Shown: in pieces, positions 1 to 14,035 of the stretch | Layout: every line of letters begins with the position of its first letter | Position numbering within the stretch: position 1 is the stretch's first letter | From: Paraspadella gotoi | Lineage: Eukaryota; Animalia; Chaetognatha | Direction: 5' to 3' | Assembly (NCBI GenBank): GCA_051294375.1 | Contig: CM119270.1 | Span: forward strand, 13,867,316 to 13,931,315 | Length of the DNA: 64,000 nt | Made by a program: the position numbers and the translations under genes | Notes under the pieces: model-generated | The model's database searches: none | What the model was told of the DNA's origin: nothing | What the model saw: the letters and a program-made list of their open reading frames with translations, nothing else

Positions 1-59
1 TTTTCTTACTAAAAATTCCAACCTCCGCTATTTGTTTGTCTATCTGTTGTTATCTATAT

Positions 60-110
<51 letters not shown>

Positions 111-157
111 TGTTTGTATAATAACTTTTCCTTCTCTCATTCTCACACTTTTTTTCT

Positions 158-182
158 NNNNNNNNNNNNNNNNNNNNNNNNN
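158..182. other. Assembly gap (N run); further gaps at 23572-23581 and 24981-24990
   Basis: Runs of N in the sequence. Confidence 1.
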
Positions 183-3100
183 TGTAGAAGAAATAAAGAT
201 GATAAACCATTTGGAAAAATTGACGATAAAAAGTTTGTTTAACGCCAAATTGAAAGAAGATTGGAAAATGGACATTAGACCTGGATAAATCGCGTTTGTA
301 AGGCAAATAGATAATTTAATGCTAAATTGAAACTTCGAAAGCGATAAAAATTTAAGAATAGGCTTTGAATCTAAAAAAAAAGATCTTCAAAGCGGTTTTT
401 AAATGATGAAAAAATGCGGTTGAAAAACGATTCTGATGAAACCTCAAAGGCAACCGTGGTGTGAAAGGTCATGAAAACCTTAACCATCATGGGAAGTTGC
501 AGTCCGTTTGGGTCATTTCAAACCTGCCATCTCTCATCTTTTTTGCTCGCGTCCGTGATTAAGGGCTTTTTATTACACATTAAAAAAAAATAATTACAGA
601 AACCAAACTGAATATTCACTTCGACTGTTATAAAGAAATGACAGTCACCTAAAAAAATGTTTACGTGTTCGTTCATTGATTAAATGATGGGAAATTTCTT
701 TACAGTTTTATAACAATTCATGCACGCAATTTTTTGAGATTCCGTCTTAAACCTTCAGTCTTGAGCCACCTCTGGTCCTCAAAATGTTTTCTTCTTTCGG
801 ACTCTCCGATTTAAATCGGGAGTCGCAATTTTTTTTCGTCTCGTTCACTCATAATAGGCTTAAATTCATTATAATTTCCAAAATGGAATCGTCTGCATAA
901 CGAACAAAAAAACGATTATTCATAAAACACGACATGGTTTTTATTCTCCCACCCCGCAATTGACTCCCTCGCTTTTCCCCGTCGGGGGGTTTGCGAACAG
1001 CTAGATCTCACTCACTCGCCCGGGGGTTGCTTAGGATCACGTGTATCGAATCTCTCTCACCACTCTCAGAACTCGCCCCTCCGAATTTCCATCGAGGTTT
1101 TCTTCATTAAAGAGTCGAAAACTTTTTCAAACTGTTTCCCCCCCTTTTTTTTTTTTCACCGAAGAAAACCTTTTTTATTTCTTTCGATTTCGACAAAAAA
1201 ATTTCTATCGTTTGCGATGAAATTGAGTCCGTAAAATTCAAATTAAAGCTCGAATTTGGCCGGTTTTTTTTTTTTTTTTTAATTGGCTAATCTTTTTGTT
1301 TTCCTTAATGCGTTTCGATTATATTTTACTCATCTCATTGTTTTTTTGTATAATACTGATTTATAATACATATATGGAGTTAATAAATAATAAAGACAAA
1401 AGAAAAATCCGCGTCATTCTTTCTTTCTTTTTTTTTCTCTCACTCACTCCATTCACTCACACCTACGACCTCCGCGTCAAGCGCTCCCCAGGTTTCAAAG
1501 GCGGTACAAAAAGCACGAGGAGAGAGAGAGAGGAGAGAGAGCAAACTGCGAGGACGGGGGAGGTTTACGGTACTTGGAGAAGAAAGTGAAGAGAGAGAGA
1601 GAGAAAAGAGAGAGAGAGAGAGAGATACCCAGTTATGGGGCTAAGCGATATTCTTCAACCTCGGAAGTGAAAATGACCGAGTGCGCGTCGAGAGATTGGT
1701 GCACAGCTCGACGGACCTCCGGGGTGTTAAAGGATCGGTGGGTTGGGTCAAGAAGATTCGCGCCCATCGATGCAACCTTCTTCAATCTTCCATCCAATTT
1801 CTCTTCTCTGAACTTACCTTTCCTTCAGCGCTAAAGGACTAGGGCCTTACCCTTTGAATAAACGAACCTCACCCACACCCGACCGACCGATTGTTGCCCG
1901 TGACCTTACCTTTACAGCTCACCTCGACTTCGCCTCACCTTCTGACCACCGACTTAGATGAAGACTCGATTCGGCTTCGGTTGCACTCGGGCGTCGACCG
2001 ACTCGATCCTCTCCTTAAGCCGACAATCGATCTTCATCGGCCCGACACCTACCGTCCTTAGCTGAAATTCTCCCCCTTGGCTTCTAAACGCCTTACTTAA
2101 CTTCAATTGGAAATCCTTTGGCTCCTCTATAGCTTACGCTTAAACTTGTTTTCCGGCTTTCGCGTGCTGACCTCGCCAATTACCAGATTACGTGGTTTTG
2201 GAACCTGAATCAACTTCAACGTGGCTCAAACGAGACCTCATTTTGACTTCACCAGGTCAACTCTGATTCACACTTGTATTAAATTTCATCTCTTAAATGG
2301 AACGAAAAAAAACAAATTGACGCCAATTTATTGATTAACGGAATTCAAGTCGTATAAATTAAAAAAAAAAAAATACAACAAATTGAATTTTGGCCTCACT
2401 TTAGTTAAAACCAGATATTTAATCTACTAAGTTGAATAAATACGTACATTTATGAAAGTTAAGTCCTATCATTATGAGCAAAAGCTATTAAAACTTTTAT
2501 CAGGGGGAATTTATATAAAAGACAACGGACCTTGCGCCTGAAGCGAAAAAAAGAAAACGTCCCTGGAAAGTCTCCCAAAACTTCTTCTCCGCTTATCGCT
2601 CTTCTTCTACTCTCTCTCTCCTCTCTCTCTCTTTTCTCTCTCTCCTTCTCTCTCTCTCCTATCTCTCTCTTCTCTTTATTTGGATAGCCTTATCGGCCAA
2701 AAAAAGTCAATCATCCTCTCAATCGGATAGAATTCCCGTCAAGGAGTCACGGGCCAGTCCGATGTAATAGTATCTCCTCTCTCTCTCTCCTCTCTCTCTC
2801 TCTCTTCTTCTCTCCTTCCTGTCCTTTTATTCTCATCTCGTAAAAGTCACGTGCTAATCCGGAACACGCTCCCATTCCGACAAAAAAACCAAATAAAAAA
2901 CAAAAACAGTATATCACTCCCTCTTCTATATATTAACACTTAATCTTATCTTTTCTTTAACCGATATAGTTAAAAGGTATCTTCTTTAACTGATATATAA
3001 TACGTATCTTCTTACATGTTGATTGAAATATATAAATTTGGTTAAAAAAAGTGAAAACTTTGAAACCCCTATTAAGTTGCTTATCTATCATTCTATTAAG

Positions 3101-3828
3101 TAAAATTATGGTTGTATTTAAAAGTAATAATAACTTAAAAAAGTTTTGGTAATTCAAAACGTAAGGCTTCTGCAAATTAATTAAAAAAAATAAAAAAAGA
3201 AAAAAAAAAAACTTGTTACCAGTGTGTTTAAAAAATGAATTTGTAGTGTTTTATTGAAAGGATAATGCTTTTAAATACAAAGCTAAAGCTACCTAAAATG
3301 TCATAAGGAAAATAAGTATCGAGGTGCTAAAGATTCTTGACTTCATCAATATCATTGAAGAATGTTTGGTTAAAGCATAAAAATATTTAATAGTAATACA
3401 CAATATAAAGTTTGATAAAATTTAAAAAAATTATAAAACATATTTGACAGGAGCTAAAACTGTTTATCTTGTGGACAGGCATTACAACTCTCTCCCTTAT
3501 TGCATGGAAGTAATAACTAAATGTAAATAGTAGTTTGATATATTAATAGCAAAAAGCTTTTATCTTAATTATTAAACTTTTTTTGACCACATGTGTATAA
3601 TATTTCTCAAACACAAATTGATTGGTAACTGATGAGTTTTTCTCTTAAATTGCAAAAAATGTAAATAATATTACTGGCATAAAATTCCATTAACTTTTCG
3701 GAATTCTTTCAAGAATAACAAAGTTGGAGCATATAAAAGTAATTGTATTTTCTCTTTCTTGCGCGCATTTCCTCGATGAAATTACTGAAATAAACTCGTG
3801 TTTCATTTTTTCATTTGATCTCGAATTT

Positions 3829-3915
3829 TTCTCTTACTAAAAATTCCAACCTCCGCTATTTGTTTGTCTATCTGTTGTTATTCTATATTTCATCATGATC
3901 AATCATCATATCATC

Positions 3916-3955
<40 letters not shown>

Positions 3956-4003
3956 TGTTTGTATAATAACTTTTTCCTTCTCTCATTCTCACACTTTTTT
4001 TCT
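3829..4003 (+). repeat. Second copy of window bases 1-157, including the (CAT)n tract
   Basis: cttactaaaaattccaacctccgctatttgtttgtctatctgttgtta...(cat)n...ctgtttgtataataac...tctcattctcacac present at both positions. Confidence 0.93.
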
Positions 4004-4743
4004 CTATCTCTTTAACTTGAGTTGTTTGTGATGCCATCTCCGAAATCCTGGTCGGTTTTGTGAGTCCTCTCTCTCTCTCTCATCGCCCATCTCTCCTCCA
4101 GGTCTGGATCAATCTCTCCTTGGACGCTCTTCTCTCTCTCCATCATCTCTCTTCTCTCTCTCTCTCTCTCTGCGTTTCATCATTTGGCCTTTGAGAAAAA
4201 GGAAGGGAGAGTGAAGGGTAAGGCTAGGAATTGCCGGGGGGGGAGAGAGAGGGGAGTAAGGTAAGTGGGATGATGAGGGGCGTCAGACTTAGAAAAGGGG
4301 CTAACGGAGGTGAACGGAGCAAAAAAAAAAAAAAGTAAGGGGGATATTTTGGAAACCGCGCCGATTGGCGCTTGGAACTTCGACAGGATTCCACGATTTT
4401 CTATTAGACCAACGATGACTTTTTACAAAATAAATAAAATCAGGGGATTTCTTTTTTTTTTCTCTGTTTTTTCCGAAAGTCGGAATATTTTGGCCTCCCC
4501 CCATTTTTTACCTCCATTGCTTCCTCTCCTCCTTACCTTTATTCCTCTAACCCTCTCTAACTCTCCTCACAGGAAATGTACGAGATCGGAATGGAATGTC
4601 GCTTTCCGATTCCTTCCAACGCTTTTCATTTTGTTTGTCCAAAGAATCGAAATGAAATTAAAAATAAGCAGGAAGTGAACGATGATTATCGAAGATGGTC
4701 TGTTTGTTTTATTGAAATCGCAACCGACAATGTCATTTCCATT

Positions 4744-5270
4744 TGCAATCTGATTTCCCTCAACGATCCCAAACAGTTCTTGCCAACTTGCAATCTGTTT
4801 TCCCTCAACAATCAAACCGACCGGGACTTGCCAACAAGCTGCAATCTGTTTTCCCTCACACGATCCCAAACAGTTGCTTGCCTAACCTGCAAATCTGTTT
4901 TCCTCAACAATCAAACGACGGTGCTTGCTAACCTGCAATTGTTTCCCTCAACAATCAACGACGTGCTTGCTAACCTGCAATCTGTTTTCCCTCAACAATC
5001 AACGCGTGGGTGCTTGCTAACTGCAATTGTTTCCCAAACAATCAACGTACGACGGTGCTTGCAACCTGCAATCTGTTTTCCCGTCAACAATCAACGACGG
5101 TGCTTGCAACCTGCATCTGTTTTCCTACAATAATAAGACGACGGTGCTTGCCAACCTGCAATCTGTTTTCCCTCAACAATCAACGACGGTGCTTGCCAAC
5201 CTGCAATCTGTTTTCCCTCAACAATCAACGACGGTGCTTGCTAAATCACTGCAATCTGTTTCCCCTCAAT
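4744..5270. repeat. 45-bp minisatellite, ~11.5 copies
   Basis: Consensus TGCAATCTGTTTTCCCTCAACAATCAACGACGGTGCTTGCCAACC; exact 45-bp period at 5161/5206. Confidence 0.95.
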
Positions 5271-5553
5271 ATTTTTCAATCTCGAGACGGAAATCGAACC
5301 GACTTCGATTTTCCGATGACAAGAAAATCTCCCACGGCCGGCGGGTCCTCCATCGCTCCCTCCCTCTCTTCCGTTCAACATCATCGTCCTCTTCCGGACG
5401 ACCGTTTGGAAGCCCCGTTTCCGGTCCGAGATTCAATGGAAGCGCTTCTCATCGCCGCCACCGTCTTCGTCGTCGTCGTCGTCAATATCGTCTTAGCCTT
5501 GGGTCCCACGACGTTCGGGAGCGTGGGTTCAACTCTCACGCTTGCAAACAAAA

Positions 5554-5612
<59 letters not shown>

Positions 5613-6342
5613 TCTCGCTCTCTCTCATCGATGGGTCGTCGATTTCTTCTGCGCAGACGGTGCCTCGTCCTCTCGTGTGACGTAAGGACAAAAAACCCAA
5701 AAAGAAAAAAAAAAAAGAAAAAAAAACGTGAGAAAAAGGATCGCAATCGGACACGTCTGGTTTGGCACGGAGATAGGTCGGAGAAATTGAAAAAAATTGT
5801 AGTTTTTTTATCAACTATTAATAGATAATAGATAATATCATGATCGTTTAATAATAATTTATTGAATAAATAGTATTTTTAAATAAATATTTGAAGAAAA
5901 TTGCCCCTTTTATAATAATTTAGTCACAACAATTTATACCATACTTTAAAAAAAGTTAATTATCTACTGTTTTGATTTGTTTAATTTCTTTTTTTGTTGC
6001 TAATTTCATTTCAACTTTCAGTGCGTCGCTCCAACGAGCGAGAGAGAGAGAGAAAGTTCCCCGTCCTTCGTAATCGCGATTGCGCGATCGGATTTTCATT
6101 TTTTCTCTCTTTAGTTTTTTTCTCTTTTAGTTTTCGTTTTTATAATTTTCAGCCTTCATTTCTTCTTTATTTTCAGTTCTGTCATCTCTTTTCTCGAAAG
6201 AGTCATTCTCACTTTCATTTTCTTTATGTCATGATCTTGAAGTTTCACCTGCGTAACTAATTCTTCTTAGTCCCTTTGTTACATCTTTCGCCTCTCAAAC
6301 CCCGCTCAATGAGAGGTGAAGTTTCTGAGAAAGTTTTCCTTG

Positions 6343-6374
<32 letters not shown>

Positions 6375-6894
6375 TGCGCAATGGAACCGAAGGAGGGAAT
6401 TCGGAAGCGAAGAAGAAAGAAAAGGAAAAAGAAAATAAGGAAAGAAAAGGATGAAAGAAAAGAATAAAAAAGGAAAAGGAAAGAGGAAAACCCTCAAAAA
6501 ATACGGCGTCGCTTCCGGAAAAAGGAGGATCAATGTGAACAGAGGGCGAGAGGGGACGTGATGGTGGGGGGAGAGAAGGGGGGGAGTGAGGGGTGAGTGG
6601 GTGATAGGGATATAGGGGTGACAGGGGTTGAAACAAATGTAACGGTTGAAGAAAAGATAAGAGCTTGGTTTGGTTGAGGCAATCGAAAAAGGATTTCTCC
6701 GGAACAGTGAACATGAAAAACTTGAAAAATTCTTTAAAAAAATAGGTTCATCCTTGATAAAAACTTTTTATTTATACTTGCACTATTGATACTGAAAAAC
6801 GTATTGAATTCGTATACCAAAACTTCAAAAATAAAAAATAAAAAATAAAACGAAAAAACGAAAAAAAATTGCGCGTCGGCTCGCACTCTCTCTC

Positions 6895-6977
<83 letters not shown>

Positions 6978-7777
6978 CTCTCTTTCTACATTTAGGTTCC
7001 ACGAAAAACTTCCGTCACCTTTTCAAACTCGAACGCACGCTTTTCGCTCGTATTCGTCTCCGTAATTTCGCTTCTTTATTTTTTTCTTTTCCCCTTTAAT
7101 CTTTTCTGTTTCTCTTTCGCCCCCCCCCCAACCTTTCTTTTTTCTTTCTCTTTTTCATTTTCCATCTTTTGTTCTCGCAATTTCTAAACTCAATTTCCAT
7201 TTCCTTCGCGCAGCCGGCGACCGTATAACCTCCTTTCCCTTTCACCTCAGATAAAACACAGGAGAAAAAAAAAGGGGGAAAGGAGCCAGTCTCCTATTTT
7301 CTCATTTGATTTTTTCCTTATCTTCCTTTTTTCTTATCCTTTTTTCCTTTCTTCGTCCTTTCTTACCTCCATTCTCGACATTATCTTTCCCTTACCCTCC
7401 CCGTCCCTTTGTTCGACGTCAGACTTTCTCCATTTTCGGCGACCGAAGAAAATTGGGATTCGCTTTGTCGTCATGGAAACCGGACGCGACTATAAAAAGC
7501 TTTCATAACGAAATCTTTGTTCGATAACTCTGTCTCGTACGGATCTTTGAGGGAGATGGAAAGGTTTTTTTTTTTTTTAGCGAAATGGACCAAATGAGTC
7601 TTGATTTTATCAGGTCAAAAACAAGGATTAACTGTGGTAATTGAGTGAACATTATTAAGTAAACGTTGAAGGAATTTCATCGATTGTATTAAAAATAAAT
7701 CTGTAGAATAAATTAATTTTCTATTAAAGTTTGCGCCTTTAACTAATTAATTTATATCATTTACCTTCAGCTCTTCG

Positions 7778-7821
<44 letters not shown>

Positions 7822-8212
7822 TCTAAATTTGCCAAAACGCTCGTAATTGTGGTCAAGTATTCGCGCCAATCTTTTTGTTTTCCAGTTGAAATTCTCAACT
7901 CACCCAATCGCCTCGAAAAAAAACTCGCCAAGTGCGAACTACGAAATTCTTCGAAAGTTATTTTCAATATTTACTAAATATTTAAAGATTTAAATATACT
8001 AAATATTTACTAAATATATTCTTTCGTTCGTCTCGTCAGCCAGTGTTTTGGATTATTTTTTGTTTTAATTTTTAAACACCCCAAGAAAATTTAAACAAAT
8101 TTTTAAAAGTAAATAAAAGAATATCTTGGACTCTGACAAGCGACGGAAAAAGGTTTAGAAAAACTTTATATTTTTCTCCGATTCATTGTAAACCCGTCGA
8201 AATTCCCGCGAT

Positions 8213-8252
<40 letters not shown>

Positions 8253-8839
8253 GAGTGAGAGAGCGAGAATTTCGACGCGCAAAAATCTTTTCAAAGGCGA
8301 TTGCAAATTTGTTCTCTCCTCTTTTTTTCGCGCATTCCTGACGTAACTGCTTTCGGCGAACGGAGGGGGCGGGGGGGAGCAGCGGGCAAAGTGGAAAAGT
8401 CGGGGAAGGGCGGCCGGTGAGGTGGGGAGAAGGGGGGAGGTGACCAAACAAAAACTCCCAATGATGTCGGCCAAAAAGTAAAATTCCTTTCCCCTCATTC
8501 CCACTAAAACAAAGCAAAAAAAAAAGCAAACAAAACAAAAAACAAAAAACAAAGAACTTAATGACTTTCTTTTTTTTTCTCTCTCTCTCTCCACAGAAAA
8601 ATCTGAATTGACCCGAACTCGGCCAGAGGCATTCTCGATCCGCGATTGCAGTCGATATTCAAAAAAGACGAATTTGGCTCGCGACGCCACCGGGCCATGC
8701 TCTCGTGTCCACCATGCGAGGAAAGAAAAAGAGCAACGCGATGAGAAAATTAAGGAGGAGATAACAATCGCGACGAAGAAAGAAAGAAAGAAAAAAAAAA
8801 GGAAAGAAATTCTCGAAATCGACGAATGACGAATCGAGC

Positions 8840-9320
8840 CAAAGGGTGAAAACGACCTCGACGGCCGGGGCCGCGCCGGGCGAAAAAAAAAACCGCGCGT
8901 AACTCTCGTATCGCGGGCGCGACTTTATTTTTTTACGGACGCTAGCGAGCGCAAGTTTTGAAACGCGTGCGATTTCGTGGACTGGCGGATGAACCGGTCG
9001 ACGTTCGATATCGCCGGTTCAATCTCTCTATCTCTCTCTTTCTCACACACAAAAAAACTCTCACTCGTTCTCTCTCACCAACGAATAACTTTTAACCAAT
9101 GAAAGATATATAATTTTTTTTAAAAATAAGGAAAAAAAAATCGTCCAGTTTCGGTCGTTGTAACTCCTCAATTCGGTCGGTGTAACTCGGATCGACCGAG
9201 ATCGAGAGAGAAGGTGAGAGAGACGAGGGAAATTTAAGACGGATTGGCTTTAACTTCCAACTTGGGCCTTTCTGCTTCGATATACAATCCCCCCCCCCTC
9301 ACACTCAGTATCTCCATCGC
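8840..9320 (+). promoter_or_regulatory. Candidate Delta promoter region
   Basis: CpG-dense block 8840-9010, CCAAT (~9096) and ATTGG (~9243), direct repeat TTCGGTCG(T/G)TGTAACTC x2 (~9149-9188), Inr-like TCAGTA at ~9305, 1.5 kb upstream of the ATG. Position inferred only. Confidence 0.3.
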
Positions 9321-10784
9321 TCTCTCCCTCCTCTCTCTTTTTTATCTCTCTCTCTCTTTGACTCGCGATATATGAGTCGCGCAAGTTCAAAACTTTTTTT
9401 ATCTTCGTCTTTGTTTTCCGTGTTGCAGTTTCCCTTCAACGAACCTCGACAGTCGACACTGCGGCTTGACTGTTTCAGCCAACAAAAATACAAAATAAAA
9501 TAAAGAGCATCGAAGCTCATTTTTATTTCCTCTCGATTTTTACCGCTTCCTCTTTTTTTTTTCTCCGTCCATCATGGCCTCTTTCTCATCGAATTCCGGC
9601 CTCGAATCTTTATTAATAAAAATTGATTTCGTGGGTTTGGAATCGCATCTTTCCACGAAACTCTTTCCTCCTCCTCCTCATCTCCTCACCTCCTGCTCCT
9701 CCTCATCAGCTTCCTCTTCCTCTTCCTCCTCCAGATTCTCGTGTTGTGTACGGCGAGTCTCTCGTTCGTAACGAGGGCGACGTCGTCGCTGTCGTCGTCG
9801 TTTCTCTGTCGATTCATCAAAGTCGTCGTTTTCGTCGCGATCGTCTCTGGTTTTTCGTCGTCGATGTCGTCGTCGCCGTCATTCTCTCTCTTTCTCTCGG
9901 TCTCGGGTTGGTGTTTGTAATTCTAGCGGGCCCCGAATCTCTCTCTCTCTCTCTCTCTCTCAGCTTGTTGGACGATCTTTCTCCCTCTCTCTCTCTCCTC
10001 CTCTCCCTCTCTCTCGCGTGCTCGCTCTCTCTCTCTTTACTTCTCCCTCTCACCTTGCGTGCGTTTGTGTATTTTTATTTTTCGCGAAAAACCAGATTTT
10101 GATTCTTTTCGCGAAGACGATGGAATTATTTACCCCTGCAACCAACGCGCCCCCGAGCTGACATCACGACGAAACTCGGCGGAATTCGAAATCAAATTTT
10201 TTTTTTCCGCGCTATAATTATTCAAAATTTGAAGAAAAAAAAAAGGACAACTCTTCTCCCACGAAAAAAAAAAGTATCGCCGAAAAAACCCGTCTATTTT
10301 TACACGACGTCGGCGCCCGAAATCTGAAGTTCCCAGAACCAAGGATCGAACCCGTGACCTTGATGACCGGAAACGCTTTTGGTGCCATCGAGGGAGAAAT
10401 CACGCGCCGCTGTAAGCGCGCGAACGTCAACAACGCTACGACGCTGCCAAGTTTTAAAAAAAAGTAATCACTCGGCTGTTTTTTGAAATCAGTGGATCTC
10501 TCTCTCTCTTTCTACACATATCCTTCGAATCATATCGTTCAAACGAATAATTGAAAACAAAAAAAAAAAAAAAACTCCACACACAATGCGATCGACGGCG
10601 ACGCAATAATGAAATTGCACCAATTCGGATTTTAATGCGAAAAAAAAAAATATTTCGTGGATGAAAAGTCTCGTTCAACGTTAAACTCGGTCGTTTGCCC
10701 CAACGACGTCTTCCCCCCCTTCTCCCCCCCCGCCCCTTCCCGGTCACTCCCTCTTCCGGAAAATAAAGCGAGCCTTCGACGAAA

Positions 10785-10856
10785 ATGTTGACGTCGTCGT
10801 CATCTTCGCTCGGATTACTCGTCCTCGTCGTCGTCGTCGCGTTTCCCTTCCAGCGG
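10785..10856 (+). CDS. Dl: Delta exon 1 (signal peptide [24 protein letters not shown])
   Basis: aaaATG start, hydrophobic core, CGG|gtaatt donor in phase 0 with exon 2; too short for the ORF track. Confidence 0.85.
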
Positions 10857-11219
10857 GTAATTAATTTAAAAGAGAGAGAAAAAAAGAAGTCAATTTTCTT
10901 TCTTTTTTAATTTTATCTCTCCTTCCAAAGATTTGTTGTTTTGCTTCGTTATCGTGAAATGATTGTTAAGTAGTTTATTAAAGATGATCACTATTAAATC
11001 AAAATGGTGTCGTAATCGCATTCGAATTCGTTTTGGTTCCCACCTTTTTTTTTTTTTAGATAACTCTTCCGAAAAAATCTGTTTTTGTTTGGTCTTTTTT
11101 CTGTCTTCTTTCTGTCATCCCGATCCTTTGCTCCTTTTTCCCTTTTTTCTCACTCTTAGCATTTTTTTTCCCCTTCTTTCACATTCCTTCACCAAAAAAT
11201 CGTTTGTCCCGTTTAGAGA

Positions 11220-11259
<40 letters not shown>

Positions 11260-11334
11260 CACGCTCTCATCGATTTTTAATGTCCTCTTAATTCTCAAAG
11301 ATTTTTTTTCTTCTCTTCTTCAATCTGCTTCTTC

Positions 11335-11367
<33 letters not shown>

Positions 11368-12096
11368 ATTCTCATTCCGGCTCTTCGCCTTCTTCAGGTC
11401 GCGGGGAACGGCGTATTCGAGCTTCGGTTCAAGTCTTTCGTCAACGAGCGCCGCCTCAACGCCAAAGGAAACTGCTGCGGCGGCGATGCTGCGTCTGATT
11501 CGCGCCCCTGCCCCGTCGCTTGCGCCACTTTCTTCCGGGTGTGCCTCAAGCACTTCCAGTCCACCATCAACGTGGAAGACGACTGCACCTTCGGCTCCGC
11601 GGAGACGCGAGTCTTGGGCGCCGATTCCTTCCAAATGTCGCCGGAAACCGGAGTCGTCTCCGTCGACATCTCCTTCGCGTGGCTGGTGAGGAAACTGGCT
11701 CTTGGATGGTTAAGGGGACGGGTTGGGGCTGGAGTGATGACACAGCGAGGATGGTGGTGAGAGAGCGGGCGAGTTCGAAAGGGGATAGCGGGCGTTAGTC
11801 AGATAAACATTTGTTATCGAGATTTTCTTTTGAGATTAGACCGTGTGATTTTTGTCGAAACCAAGTTTTCAAAAGAGAATGAGAAAAAAAAGAAATGTTT
11901 TGTATACATAATCGGGAAGGGATATTTGGATCGAACCGCGAGAACGAGCTCATAAAACATTTTTTTTTTAATTGATTTTTTTTTTAAAGTTCGAAGTCCG
12001 AGACATTTCGTTTCTTCTCCGCCTTAACACACATGATCGACCTGATGGAACCGAAACTCGGAACGATGGGAACATTTTTCTGGTCGCTTATTAGTC

Positions 12097-12144
<48 letters not shown>

Positions 12145-12263
12145 ATGCCGGTTTCGTTGGGGATTCGGCTGTTCCTTTCCCATAGGAAAGGAAATTCTGT
12201 TCGTGCAACAATTTTTTGTGTCCGGCGGGTCCTTAGTTCTTTCCTCCGCCCTTCAGTCAAGCG

Positions 12264-12329
<66 letters not shown>

Positions 12330-13220
12330 TCTCTCCACCCCCCCATCCCTCTCCCCTCTTTTCTGCGGCGTAAGCAAACGACCTTTTCTCTCCCTTTTTA
12401 AGAAAAGCCAATATAAGTTTTCCAGCCTGAACATTCGTTCCGCGTTTACAAGTTATTAATTTCCACTTTTTTTCTTTTTCCGCTTCAGGGCGACTTCACC
12501 CTCATCCTAGAGGCCTGGCACGGATTCCCCGAGCGAGAAGGTAAGAAGAATCCACCAAATCTGGTTCTGGGTTGAAATCCATTCCACCTTCTCTTTTTCC
12601 CAGCGCGCGACCCCGGCTCGATTGAAACCGTTACTAATTTTTTTTTTCCTTTCTTGGGCCGTTTCCAGTCGACAGGGTGAGAGAGAGAGAGAGAGAGACA
12701 GACAGAGACAATCGCCGCTGCTACTTACGCTCGTGGCTCATAATTGCCTGGGAAAAATATTTTCGAGTCCACAAGGTCTAAAAATTTTGAAAAACCAGTC
12801 TCGATAGAGGAGAGACGATTTTTTTTTTTATTAATTTCTTTCTTTTTTTTTTCTTTTTTCTTTTTTTTTTTGGTGGACCAATTATATAAAGGAAGGTTCG
12901 ACGGTCGGAAAGGGAAAGGCGACTTTCCGACGGAAAAATCTTTTTCCCCTCGATTAATAATATTTTTTTCCCTCTCAATGTTTTTTTTCCATGTTTCTTT
13001 TTCCCTTTCTTTGAAATCTTTTTGGAAATATATACGTAGTTGCTTCTCGCTCTTCCTTTATATCTTTCTTATATCTCTCTCTCCCTCTCTCTCTTCGTAT
13101 CTTAACGACTGCAAACGTTTAGCGAGTAATAACTCCGCGAGATAAGGAAATATTAAGAGCGATATATATTTTTTTATTCTACGGTCTCGGAGAGGGGGGG
13201 GAGCAGTCGCTCAGAGATTC

Positions 13221-13270
<50 letters not shown>

Positions 13271-13975
13271 GAAAGCAGATGCTTTCCAGCTGCCCAGGAT
13301 ATGCCTCAATTTCTCGCGAAATATCGATAATACGGAAAAGAAAAACAAAGAAAAATAAAACGTTTTATTTTCGTTCTCCCGTTCGACTTGAATTCGCGCG
13401 CGCGGGAAGTAAGAGAGACGGAAAAGGGGGGGGGTAGTCGGGCGGAAAGAGTTAGAAAATATTAATATTTTGTTTTATCCTTTTATCGGGCATCCGTCGA
13501 CAGCTGACAATTGTTTTAAAATATTGATAGAAAAAAAAACAACTTTTTGAGGATAATTTGTAAAGACGCGAATCAATTTTGGACGAAGAGAGATGAGAGC
13601 CTTTTCCCTCTCATCCCTTTTTCCTCTTTCTTCTTTTTCTCCGTAAATCGATGGTTAGCGATACCCCCCCCCTCTTTTTTCTCTCCCCCCTCCATCCCTT
13701 TAATACGCTCCACCCCCCCTTTCTCCCCTCGTCGGCCTGCCTTTTTCACTCAACCTTCTTCCAAGGCCTCTCCATTGAGGAAAAGGGGGCACGGAAGGCC
13801 GTACTGCTTCTGAATTCCTTTTCTTTTCCGAAGGTAGAGAGAGAGAGCGACCGGGCTACGATGATCCCTACAACCCGGCGGCGGCCGCGCTCAGATTTTT
13901 CTTTGTGTTGTTGCCCGTTTTCTTTGTTCTCGTTATTCGAACTCTCAATCTCCCATTTTTAGATTTTCGTACCTT

Positions 13976-14035
<60 letters not shown>

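Noticed and set aside
1640-2280. Coding-like or transposon-like sequence on the minus strand
   Set aside because: No sustained frame or recognisable motif; region appears error-rich
4744-5270. CRISPR-like repeat array
   Set aside because: Head-to-tail tandem units with no unique spacers, no cas genes, eukaryotic context
4576-5828. ORFs of 185, 272 and 217 aa
   Set aside because: Products of the 45-bp repeat and (TC)n tracts; frames shift between units; no supporting splice structure
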